Source: Clostridia bacterium
GTDB taxonomy: Bacteria > Bacillota > Clostridia > Christensenellales > CAG-917
Length of the DNA stretch: 64,000 nucleotides
Direction: 5' to 3'
Assembly: GCA_017618055.1 (NCBI GenBank)
Contig: JAFZVB010000014.1
Span: forward strand, 71,663 to 135,662
The notes under the pieces: model-generated
Seen by the model: only the letters and a program-made list of their open reading frames with translations
Told to the model about the DNA's origin: nothing
The model's database searches: none
In this document: positions 55,420 to 63,805 of the stretch, piece after piece
How positions within the stretch are numbered: position 1 is the first letter of the stretch
Layout of the letters: each line of letters begins with the position of its first letter
Position numbers and translations under genes: made by a program

Positions 55420-56528
55420 TATTGCTGTTGTTCCTTAATTGTAAACTTTCTATGTGTTTCGTCTAGCACATCTATTTTAACAACAATGATTTTACCAGTC
55501 AATGAATTGTACTTATTCCATTCTATAATGGTGATACCATTATCCATTCTATCCTCAATACCTAATTCGTAGATATCTTCCTCGTTTTCAATACGATACA
55601 TATCCAGATGATATAAAGGATATTTCCCAGAATCATATTCATTCATTATAGTAAATGTTGGAGATGTTATTTCTTCTTGTACTCCAAGTGCCTTTGCTAA
55701 ACCTTTTGTAAACGTTGTTTTACCTGCACCGAGTTCACCTTCAAGAATTATCTTTTCGTTTCCTTGTAAGCCCTTAGAAATCGCCTCAGCTAATTTAAAT
55801 GTATCTTCTTCAGATGCAGAATAATAAACTCCATCCTCATCAACCAAATCTTCTAAGGTTTCTTCCTTTTTCTTCTTTAATGAAGTTCCATCCCAATGTA
55901 ATATCTTAGATAGTTTCTTATAAAATAAGAAAGTAATTAATGTTACTATTATATATCTCAACAAATTGAATGGGATAACAGCAACACCCAAATACCATGC
56001 CCAGAAGTTATCTACAGTAATTCCTTTATATAAAGATGAAAGCATTCCAACTATTCCGTTCATATTATTTCCGAAATACAAATTGAGATAGAAAGGAACT
56101 GATATCCATCTATTTACTATTAAAGCCATACCTGTAGCAAATATTGTAGAAACCAACATTCCATACAATGCACTCTTCTTTGTCTTAAAGATCTTATAGA
56201 TTATAGATGCAGGAAGAACGAATGCAACACCAAGTAGAATATCTGTTAATTCCCCAACATACATTGTGCTAGAAAGTGGGAACTTTAATAAGCACTTAAA
56301 GATAATTACCAAGCAACCAGATATTGGTCCCATTGAGAATCCAGCAAGTAATGCAGGAAGTTCTGAGATTTGGAAATCAAAGAAAGATGGAAACATAAAT
56401 GGAAGCTTAATAAAATGTCCGAGATAATATAGCAAGAATGAAATAGCTGTAAGCATTGCCATTTTAGCAACCCAAGATGCTGAAAGTCTAAAGACTTTTT
56501 TCTTGTCTAATGTTTGCAATTTTGTCAT
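55419..56528 (-). CDS. tsaE: fusion of an ECF-transporter S component (RibU-like riboflavin binding subunit) and the t6A ATPase TsaE
   Basis: 369 aa. Residues 1-~205 form six TM helices with the RibU-like block VIPFNLLRYIIVTLI. A K/E-rich linker follows. Residues ~228-369 are TsaE (GELGAGKTTFTKG, SPTFTI, HLDMYR). The gene is preceded by an FMN riboswitch. Confidence 0.8.
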   Translation of the reverse strand: MTKLQTLDKKKVFRLSASWVAKMAMLTAISFLLYYLGHFIKLPFMFPSFFDFQISELPALLAGFSMGPISGCLVIIFKCLLKFPLSSTMYVGELTDILLGVAFVLPASIIYKIFKTKKSALYGMLVSTIFATGMALIVNRWISVPFYLNLYFGNNMNGIVGMLSSLYKGITVDNFWAWYLGVAVIPFNLLRYIIVTLITFLFYKKLSKILHWDGTSLKKKKEETLEDLVDEDGVYYSASEEDTFKLAEAISKGLQGNEKIILEGELGAGKTTFTKGLAKALGVQEEITSPTFTIMNEYDSGKYPLYHLDMYRIENEEDIYELGIEDRMDNGITIIEWNKYNSLTGKIIVVKIDVLDETHRKFTIKEQQQ

Positions 56529-56534
56529 AAATAA

Positions 56535-56690
56535 AAACTCCTTTGTTGGAGCTTTTGAAAAAGTATAACCTATTTAACACTTTTCCCATCCAGACTATAA
56601 CTGTCGGTAAAGGAATTTCACCTTTTCAACACCGAAGTGCTCGCAGACTATACTGCCGGTGAGGAATTACACCTCGCCCCAAAGTACTTA
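56535..56690 (-). promoter_or_regulatory. FMN riboswitch (RFN element) with an SD-sequestering or terminator helix
   Basis: The minus strand reads GGGGCGAGGUGUAAUUCCUCACCGGCAGUAUAGUCUGCGAGC...GGUGAAAUUCCUUUACCGACAGUUAUAGUCUGGAUGGGAAAAG. This matches the invariant RFN blocks. Downstream, AAAGCUCC-N6-GGAGUUUU pairs the SD and is followed by U-rich sequence. Confidence 0.9.
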
Positions 56691-56691
56691 T

Positions 56692-56720
56692 ATTTTAATG
56701 TCATAAAATGTAGTAGTCAA
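56692..56720 (-). promoter_or_regulatory. Candidate promoter of the FMN-riboswitch operon
   Basis: The minus strand reads TTGACT-N17-TAAAAT. The -35 element abuts the stop codon of the helicase-nuclease ORF. Confidence 0.55.
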
Positions 56721-59700
56721 CTACATTAATACACCCTCATCAAATAAGGATTGTTGTATTGCAGTAATCTTATCCTTAGATGCAACAATTATATCCGCAA
56801 TATTCTCATATGATTTCATGAAAGAATTAGGAATGAATATTAATAGTATTCCATGTCGTTTACAAATATCCATTTTCCTTCTATCTGATACTTCTCTTGA
56901 AACCATACCTAAATGTTCTCCACCAGTCAATTCAAATGCTATAACCGGTTTTTCACCTAAAAATCCTTTTTCAAATAGAACCAAATCAAACTCTTTGTTT
57001 TCATCTAGCTGCTCATCATCAAAAAGTTTATATAATGGAACATTTCGTTTTGCATTATATTTCTTATGACAAGAACAGAAATGAGAAACTGTTTTGTAAA
57101 ATTCGTCTTCTGCTTCACTTCCATTTGATCTTCCAATCTCAATACAAACTGATTCATTTGGAGGAACTTCAACATTTCCATTGTTCTTTGCATAATCTAA
57201 TAGATGGTATAAGTCATCACTCTTATCTGAGAATAACCCGACTGCTTGAGTATCTGCTGCTATAACGAGTTTTGATTTAGCCCTTGTAGTTGCAACATTT
57301 ATTAATTCGTAGTTATTTTTTAGCCATGCAAATGTTTTCTTACTAGATTTTAAAGAGATTGCTGTAGAAAAGATTATTGTATCTTTTTCTGCACCTTGTA
57401 ATGAATGGACTGTGTCACACTTTACATCGGTTATCTTTTCAAATTCTAGCATCTTATTAATTAACTCTTTTTGATTTACAAATGGAGTCACAATAAATGC
57501 ATCTTTTATCTTATTTCTCTTTATGTAATTAATTATTGCTGAAGCCTCTTCAAAAGCTTCGTTCTTTTGTCTAACGTTTATATTCTTTACATCCAATAAT
57601 TGTATCTCACCCAATTCATTTAGGAATGAAGTATTCAACGAATTGTTATAGTATCTTTGGTTTGAGAATGATATGATTTTCTTCCCACATCTATAATGAT
57701 ATTCTAGAAGAATATATTTTGAGATATTATCCGTTGCTATCATTACATCCAAGATAGAATGCGTTTTGTAGTTATAGTTACTAGACACATTATACTTATC
57801 CATTAATGCAAAGTTGACATTATCTTCTAAAACTATTACTGGTCTTAACTGGTTAGGATCTCCTACAAGCAATAAATTCTCTGCTTTAGATATTGGGATC
57901 AATGCTGTTGCAACATTACATTGTCCTGCCTCATCCATAACAACCAAATCAAACATGAACTTATTTCTACCCAATCTTCTTGATGATATATTTGTTGAGA
58001 ATATAATTGGGAATGCGTCAGTCAACAGTTTCATATTATTATCATCTTGTGTCCACTTATTAAATTCAGAAACTCTCTTATCATCATCTTGGATACTACA
58101 TATATCAACAAGAGTCTTATATCTTGGCAATTTTAGTTTGTTTATATATTGAAGTGATTTGAAGAATAAGAACTGCGATAATCTGCTATTCTCATTAAGT
58201 GGAATAAACAACGATGTAACTTCTTCATTGCTAACTTCCGGATAATCCTTTAAAGATAACTTTAAATCATTTATTTTTTCTTTAACTGTATCTATTATTT
58301 TACTGCTATTTTCTCCAAATGATTCTACCAATCTTTTTGAACTCTTTAAGCAATTAATGATATCTATTCTTTTTTCTTGCTTATTTAATAATTCAATCAA
58401 CCTTGCATTTTGGTTGTCTGTTGAAACTTTGATTTTGTTCAACATCGCATCTTGAGGTTCTTTGTCAAAAGTGTAATTGAATAATTCTTTTATTCTTAAT
58501 GTTGTTTTTTTAACATCATTTACATTGCCCAATCTCAAATATGGAAAATTGATTTCTTTGTCATAATATTTAAACTTAAGTTTCTCCACAATTCCATCTA
58601 CTGGTTTATTGTTGGATGAACAAATAAGCATATTCCTATCATTATAGAAAGCGTTTAGTGCAACATTTATTATGGTTTGAGTTTTACCCGTTCCTGGAGG
58701 TCCTTGCACATATGTTACAGGATACTTCATGGCATTATATAAAACTCGCATTTGGTTAATATTAATTTTCTTGTCTAGAATGATGAGAGATGGTTCTTTT
58801 CTTCTAATATTATTTCTTTTAGAAATATTGCCAAAAAATGATTTTAATGGAGTTGGCAATGCATTGTTTAAATATTTTTCTTCAATTGCCTTATATGTTT
58901 CATTCAAATCTGTTGCAGTATCCTTTCTAAGCAACATAATATCTGGTCTAGAATCTAACACTTCACCTGTATGCAAGTTCTCTCTTATAATATCTTGACA
59001 TTCATTGAAATTATCCGAGAGCATCCTTTCAAATTCATCAACATCCATATTGACATAATTGAATAAGGAGTGTCTTCTTCCCTCAATTGTGAAAGATTGA
59101 TTTACTCTAACTATGTCTTGTAAAACTAATGATTTCTTTGCAGGATCAAATGATAAATTATAGTATGCAACCAAATACTTCTTCTTGCCCATATCTATAG
59201 ACAATTTGTTAATAGCTAATGCATAACTTGAATTATTTGCTTTATTAATGTCATAACGATAAATATCTCTAATAATTGTGCTTAATTGGTTATCATCCAA
59301 TTGATAAATCTTGTTTTTTCTTAGAACATTTAAATCTATTCCTTTTATGCACTCATATTGCTCTTGATATGGATCACAGTCCAACATATTACACTCTAAA
59401 TAATAATTTAGAACGTTGTAATTAAATAAGTCATAATGCAACCATGGACATAATCTAAAATTCTTTTCTATCTTTTCAACCAAGTCATCAGACCTATCAT
59501 ATGAAGTCATATCAATGACCTGTGCACTTTTAATACCATCAAAGGAAATCCATGTATCTAGGACTTCCGTTGATTTATTCTCATTAAAAATAGTTACAAA
59601 TAATGATTTTCTTTTAAAATTGATATCTTTTATTGCAATCCAATAGAAAGTATTTTCTTTATTCTTATTAACATAAGATATTTTTAACCATTTACTTTCC

Positions 59701-59735
59701 TTTATGGCTTTAGAAATACTTTCTCCAATATCCAT
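56721..59735 (-). CDS. large multidomain protein: sensor-like N-terminal region (WYL-like?) + Upf1/DNA2-type SF1B helicase + C-terminal DUF2726/Vsr-like PD-(D/E)xK nuclease domain
   Basis: 1004 aa. Helicase motifs are VQGPPGTGKT (343-352), VVMDEAGQ (598-605), LLLVGDPNQLRPV (621-633), TVHSLQGAEKD (775-785) and INVATTRAK (812-820). The C-terminal region reads EFDLVLFEK...VIAFELTGGEH...DRRKMDICKRHGILLIFIP. The composition is N/K/I-rich and AT-rich compared with the neighbours. Confidence 0.8.
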   Translation of the reverse strand: MDIGESISKAIKESKWLKISYVNKNKENTFYWIAIKDINFKRKSLFVTIFNENKSTEVLDTWISFDGIKSAQVIDMTSYDRSDDLVEKIEKNFRLCPWLHYDLFNYNVLNYYLECNMLDCDPYQEQYECIKGIDLNVLRKNKIYQLDDNQLSTIIRDIYRYDINKANNSSYALAINKLSIDMGKKKYLVAYYNLSFDPAKKSLVLQDIVRVNQSFTIEGRRHSLFNYVNMDVDEFERMLSDNFNECQDIIRENLHTGEVLDSRPDIMLLRKDTATDLNETYKAIEEKYLNNALPTPLKSFFGNISKRNNIRRKEPSLIILDKKININQMRVLYNAMKYPVTYVQGPPGTGKTQTIINVALNAFYNDRNMLICSSNNKPVDGIVEKLKFKYYDKEINFPYLRLGNVNDVKKTTLRIKELFNYTFDKEPQDAMLNKIKVSTDNQNARLIELLNKQEKRIDIINCLKSSKRLVESFGENSSKIIDTVKEKINDLKLSLKDYPEVSNEEVTSLFIPLNENSRLSQFLFFKSLQYINKLKLPRYKTLVDICSIQDDDKRVSEFNKWTQDDNNMKLLTDAFPIIFSTNISSRRLGRNKFMFDLVVMDEAGQCNVATALIPISKAENLLLVGDPNQLRPVIVLEDNVNFALMDKYNVSSNYNYKTHSILDVMIATDNISKYILLEYHYRCGKKIISFSNQRYYNNSLNTSFLNELGEIQLLDVKNINVRQKNEAFEEASAIINYIKRNKIKDAFIVTPFVNQKELINKMLEFEKITDVKCDTVHSLQGAEKDTIIFSTAISLKSSKKTFAWLKNNYELINVATTRAKSKLVIAADTQAVGLFSDKSDDLYHLLDYAKNNGNVEVPPNESVCIEIGRSNGSEAEDEFYKTVSHFCSCHKKYNAKRNVPLYKLFDDEQLDENKEFDLVLFEKGFLGEKPVIAFELTGGEHLGMVSREVSDRRKMDICKRHGILLIFIPNSFMKSYENIADIIVASKDKITAIQQSLFDEGVLM

Positions 59736-59746
59736 TTATAAATTTA

Positions 59747-60415
59747 CTACTCCCAAATAACGTTTTCTTTTCCTGCACCAACCTCGAAGTTGTACATTAC
59801 AATTCCAAGATCCATTTTAGAACATGGTCCGAACTTGGATATTGCCCTGCATTTTCCGTTTTCTTTAAGTGTTATCTTGAATTTTTGTTGGTTTAATGCC
59901 GTTGGAGCCATTAAAGCTGCCTCCACACCCTTTTTAAACCACTCAGGAGCCTCTCCACTTTCAACTTCGAATAAAGTCTCAACTGGCTTGTTTTTGTGGT
60001 CTACGCCCTGTTTTACGCCATATCCAAAACATACTCCTAAATAGAACCTTTCGTCCTTTCCAACAGTAACTAGTGCTTTGGATTTGCTAAATGAAGATGC
60101 ACATATACAAGAATTCATTCCTAGTGATTGTATTAATAATACAAGTTTCTCTGTATAATATCCTACATCTACATCTCTATCTTTCTTTCCAATAATTGCT
60201 ATGTAGTTTCTAACTCCAGTGAAATTACCATAATGTGCTAAGAAATTCGTAAATGTGTTAGGATCATTTACAACTAATTGGAAATTTAAATTTTGTTCTT
60301 TATTAATTTTTGCTATTTCGTCTTGAAGAATTTTTATAGATTCTTCTGGAACAGCATCTTCTTTATACTGACGGACACTATGCCTCGATTTTAATGCCTC
60401 TAATTCTGTCATCAT
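59747..60415 (-). CDS. nitroreductase family protein
   Basis: 222 aa with N-terminal RHSVRQYK and a nitroreductase-fold pattern. Confidence 0.8.
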   Translation of the reverse strand: MMTELEALKSRHSVRQYKEDAVPEESIKILQDEIAKINKEQNLNFQLVVNDPNTFTNFLAHYGNFTGVRNYIAIIGKKDRDVDVGYYTEKLVLLIQSLGMNSCICASSFSKSKALVTVGKDERFYLGVCFGYGVKQGVDHKNKPVETLFEVESGEAPEWFKKGVEAALMAPTALNQQKFKITLKENGKCRAISKFGPCSKMDLGIVMYNFEVGAGKENVIWE

Positions 60416-60424
60416 ATAAAACCT

Positions 60425-60781
60425 CTATTTCTTTGGTACGTAATCTGTTACGTTCTTTCCATTGCCCCAAAGGGTTTCAATAGAATAGTACATACGTGTG
60501 TTCTCTTCAAAAATGTGGACAATAACATCACCGTAGTCTAATAGTGCCCACTTGGATCCTCTCATACCTTCAGAATGTATTGGTGTAACACCATACTCTT
60601 TGTCCATCTTTTCATCCAATTCTTCTGCTAATGACTTTAAATGTGGTAATCCTTTTGCTGTGCAAATAACAAAATAGTCTGCTACAGATGATTCGTTATT
60701 GAAATCAATAATCTTAATACTTTCTGCTTTGTTTGCATCTAAGATTTCACAAATCTTGTCTCTTAATTCTTCTGTTGTCAT
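60425..60781 (-). CDS. rsfS: ribosome silencing factor RsfS
   Basis: 118 aa with DYFVICT and WALLDYGDVIVHIF. Confidence 0.9.
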   Translation of the reverse strand: MTTEELRDKICEILDANKAESIKIIDFNNESSVADYFVICTAKGLPHLKSLAEELDEKMDKEYGVTPIHSEGMRGSKWALLDYGDVIVHIFEENTRMYYSIETLWGNGKNVTDYVPKK

Positions 60782-60801
60782 TAATTGTTCCTCACTTTAT
60801 A

Positions 60802-61944
60802 TTATATCAATGGAATATCTTCCATTTGTTCCTTATAATAATCATATGCTTCTTGAGTTAATTTGTACATAGGCAATCCCCTTTCAATAATGGAATAATA
60901 TGTGTGCTTAAGTACTGTTAAAAAGCCTAGATTAAAGTCTTTTAATGCTATCTCTCTTATTTTTGGTATTGGTTCATAAGTCCTGTCTTCCGAAACAGAG
61001 TCTGCTGTATATATGAGCTTTTCAAATATATTCATATTTGCTTTTGCACTTGTATGATATCTAATACCATTTAAAATATCTTCATCTTCTATACCAAAAT
61101 CTCTCTTTGCTTTCTCTGCTCCTAAGAATTGATGTAATACAGGAGAACCAACTGCATCCTCTGGAATATCTAATCCGTCTAAACTCTTTCTTTGTTTGGC
61201 ATTGTCATGGAGCAATCCAGATAAAAATACTTTTGTAAAGTCTAATCTTAAATCTCCTCTTGTATTAAGGGTCACAGCCATAAGTGCAACGTGTAAAGAA
61301 TGGTTAAATAAGTCTTCAGTTTGGTATGAATGTAATTGTTCTAGAACGGAGTCATAATCATCAAAAAGATTGTTCTTCTTAATGTAATTAAGGACATCCT
61401 CGGTTATATCTTCTCCAGGATCTAGATTAAGAAGTAATTTTGCTCTTATTATTGTAGATGAACAATGGTCTCCAAAATAATCTAAAACAAAGTACTCTCC
61501 ACCAATCTCTTTTTTGTATTTTTCAATGAGAGTATTTACATCTTGGTAATGGTTTCTAGGTACAACAATTAAAGGACAAATTTTTACTATCTCCTCTGGT
61601 TTGTACCAAGTGCGGAATCTCTCTAGTGAATCTCCACCTATTATATACATAATATCTCCATACTTTTCTTTTAGTATTGGAAGATAATTTGCAGTATAGT
61701 TCTCGCCCTGCATATCCTTCTCTATTGTATCTACTATGACTTCCTTACAAAGACTACCAAAAGCAATCTTAGAAAGCTCTACACGATGTTCAAAGGATAA
61801 ATAGCCTTTACTTTTATATGGAGGATAACAAGTTGGAACTATAACAAGTCTATCTGGTTTATATGTCCGGATAGCTTCTTTACAAAGTTCTATGTGTTCT
61901 ATGTGTGGTGGGTCGAAAGAACCCCCAAATATTATTGTCTTCAT
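60802..61944 (-). CDS. nadD: fusion of nicotinate-nucleotide adenylyltransferase NadD and an HD-domain YqeK-like phosphohydrolase
   Basis: 380 aa. The N-terminal half has GGSFDPPHIEH (H/TxGH). The C-terminal half has HD motifs (HSLHVA...LLHDNAK). In Bacillus, nadD and yqeK are adjacent separate genes. Confidence 0.85.
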   Translation of the reverse strand: MKTIIFGGSFDPPHIEHIELCKEAIRTYKPDRLVIVPTCYPPYKSKGYLSFEHRVELSKIAFGSLCKEVIVDTIEKDMQGENYTANYLPILKEKYGDIMYIIGGDSLERFRTWYKPEEIVKICPLIVVPRNHYQDVNTLIEKYKKEIGGEYFVLDYFGDHCSSTIIRAKLLLNLDPGEDITEDVLNYIKKNNLFDDYDSVLEQLHSYQTEDLFNHSLHVALMAVTLNTRGDLRLDFTKVFLSGLLHDNAKQRKSLDGLDIPEDAVGSPVLHQFLGAEKAKRDFGIEDEDILNGIRYHTSAKANMNIFEKLIYTADSVSEDRTYEPIPKIREIALKDFNLGFLTVLKHTYYSIIERGLPMYKLTQEAYDYYKEQMEDIPLI

Positions 61945-61979
61945 TAACTAAATATTATCATTTTTGAAATTGCATTTCA

Positions 61980-62016
61980 ATATTAAAAAGAGATGAAGAT
62001 TTCTCCTCACCTCTTT
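61980..62016 (-). terminator. Rho-independent terminator after pckA
   Basis: The minus strand has an 11-bp stem AGAGGUGAGGA / UCUUCAUCUCU (two G-U pairs, which are A-C mismatches on the plus strand) with loop GAAA, followed by UUUUAAUAUU. Confidence 0.6.
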
Positions 62017-62039
62017 ATGCTTTTAGTTTGATTATAAAA

Positions 62040-63644
62040 TTATAATTGTGGTCCAGCTTTAACAAGTGCTTTTCCAGCTGCATTTGTTGTATATTTTTCA
62101 AAGTTCTTAATGAATCTTGAAGCCAAGTCTTTTGCTTTTGCATCCCATTCATCTGGATTTGCATATGTGTCTTTTGGATCTAAGATTTCAGTTGCAACAC
62201 CCTTTAATACTGTTGGTACTTCAAAATTGAAGTATGGTATCTTCTTTGTTGGAACACCCTTGATGTCTCCGTTTAAGATTGCATCTATAATTCCACGTGT
62301 ATCTTTAATGGAAATTCTCTTGCCTGTTCCATTCCATCCTGTATTAACAAGATATGCTTTTGCACCACTCTTTTCCATTCTCTTTACAAGTTCTTCTGCA
62401 TACTTTGTTGGATGTAATTCCAAGAAAGCTTGTCCGAAACATGCACTAAATGTTGGCGTTGGTTCTGTAATACCTCTTTCTGTTCCTGCAAGTTTTGCTG
62501 TGAATCCAGAAAGGAAATAATATTGAGTTTGTTCTGGTGTCAAGATGGATACTGGTGGTAATACACCAAATGCATCTGCAGATAAGAATATTACGTTATT
62601 TGCAGCTGGTGCAGCTGAGATAGGACGTACTATGTTCTTAATGTGTGTAATTGGATATGATACACGAGTATTCTCTGTTACAGATTTATCTGCAAAGTCT
62701 ATCTTTCCATCTTTGTCTAATGTTACGTTTTCTAGAAGAGCATTTCTCTTAATTGCGTTGTAGATATCTGGCTCGGATTCTTTATCCAAATTGATAACTT
62801 TTGCATAGCAACCACCTTCAAAATTGAAGACTCCGTTATCATCCCAACCATGTTCATCATCACCAATTAATAAACGCTTTGGATCTGTGGATAATGTTGT
62901 CTTACCTGTTCCAGAAAGTCCGAAGAATATTGCTGTGTTTTCTCCGTTCATATCTGTATTTGCAGAACAGTGCATTGCTGCTATTCCCTTAAGTGGGAGA
63001 TAGTAATTCATCATGGAGAAGATACCCTTCTTCATTTCTCCACCATACCAAGTATTTAAAATAACTTGTTCACGGCTTGTAATGTTGAATGCTACACATG
63101 TTTCAGAATTTAGTCCATATTCTTTGTAGTTTTCTACTTTTGCCTTAGAAGCGTTGTATACAACGAAGTCTGGTTCGTATGTCTTTAATTCTTCTTCTGT
63201 TGGCATAATGAACATATTCTTAATGAAATGTGCTTGCCAAGCTACTTCAACGATGAAACGAACTGCCATACGTGTGTCTTTATTAGCACCACAATATGAA
63301 TCTACAACAAATAATCTCTTATTGCACAATTCTTTAATAGCAAGATCCTTCATTGCCTTCCATGTATCTTCACTCATTGGATGGTTATCATTCTTATAAC
63401 CTTCGGTTGTCCACCAAACTGTGTCCTTTGAGTTCTTGTCCATAACGATGTATTTATCTTTAGGAGAACGACCAGTATAAACACCTGTCATAACATTAAC
63501 AGCACCAAGTTCACTAACTTGGCCAACGTCATAACCAGTTAGACCTGGTTTCATTTCTTCTTCAAATAATTGTTCATAGGATGGGTTGTAAACTATTTCG
63601 GTTGTACCTGTAATACCATATTTTGTTAAATCAATTTTTGACAT
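62040..63644 (-). CDS. pckA: phosphoenolpyruvate carboxykinase (ATP)
   Basis: 534 aa with the kinase-1a loop [11 protein letters not shown] and typical PckA blocks ([14 protein letters not shown]). Confidence 0.95.
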   Translation of the reverse strand: MSKIDLTKYGITGTTEIVYNPSYEQLFEEEMKPGLTGYDVGQVSELGAVNVMTGVYTGRSPKDKYIVMDKNSKDTVWWTTEGYKNDNHPMSEDTWKAMKDLAIKELCNKRLFVVDSYCGANKDTRMAVRFIVEVAWQAHFIKNMFIMPTEEELKTYEPDFVVYNASKAKVENYKEYGLNSETCVAFNITSREQVILNTWYGGEMKKGIFSMMNYYLPLKGIAAMHCSANTDMNGENTAIFFGLSGTGKTTLSTDPKRLLIGDDEHGWDDNGVFNFEGGCYAKVINLDKESEPDIYNAIKRNALLENVTLDKDGKIDFADKSVTENTRVSYPITHIKNIVRPISAAPAANNVIFLSADAFGVLPPVSILTPEQTQYYFLSGFTAKLAGTERGITEPTPTFSACFGQAFLELHPTKYAEELVKRMEKSGAKAYLVNTGWNGTGKRISIKDTRGIIDAILNGDIKGVPTKKIPYFNFEVPTVLKGVATEILDPKDTYANPDEWDAKAKDLASRFIKNFEKYTTNAAGKALVKAGPQL

Positions 63645-63676
63645 AAAACTATATCTCCTGATTTTTATTTTTTTCT

Positions 63677-63685
63677 ATTATACCA
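63677..63685 (-). promoter_or_regulatory. Extended -10 element (TGGTATAAT) upstream of pckA
   Basis: Read on the minus strand about 33 nt upstream of the ATG. No good -35 element is present. Confidence 0.4.
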
Positions 63686-63805
63686 ACATTGATTAAAAAA
63701 AGTAACATTATTTAAAAAAATATGTTACCCAACTTCATTTTTATTACAAAATAATTGATATTATGGTGTATATACCATATAATTGCATTAGAAGAGGTTG
63801 AGTTT

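Noticed and set aside
55780-55900. Internal translation start that would produce a free TsaE from the RibU::TsaE ORF
   Set aside because: There is no in-frame ATG in the linker. The only candidate is a TTG, about 14 nt from a weak GGAAG, which is too far for a normal SD. It cannot be supported from sequence alone, so it is listed under the finding as something to test.
56708-56726. Hairpin ATGTAGT-N5-ACTACAT overlapping the stop codon of the helicase-nuclease ORF, considered as its terminator
   Set aside because: The stem is only 7 bp and AT-rich, with a poor U-tract (UUUAU), and it overlaps the -35 of the riboswitch promoter. It is not convincing as an intrinsic terminator, so read-through into the riboswitch operon cannot be excluded.
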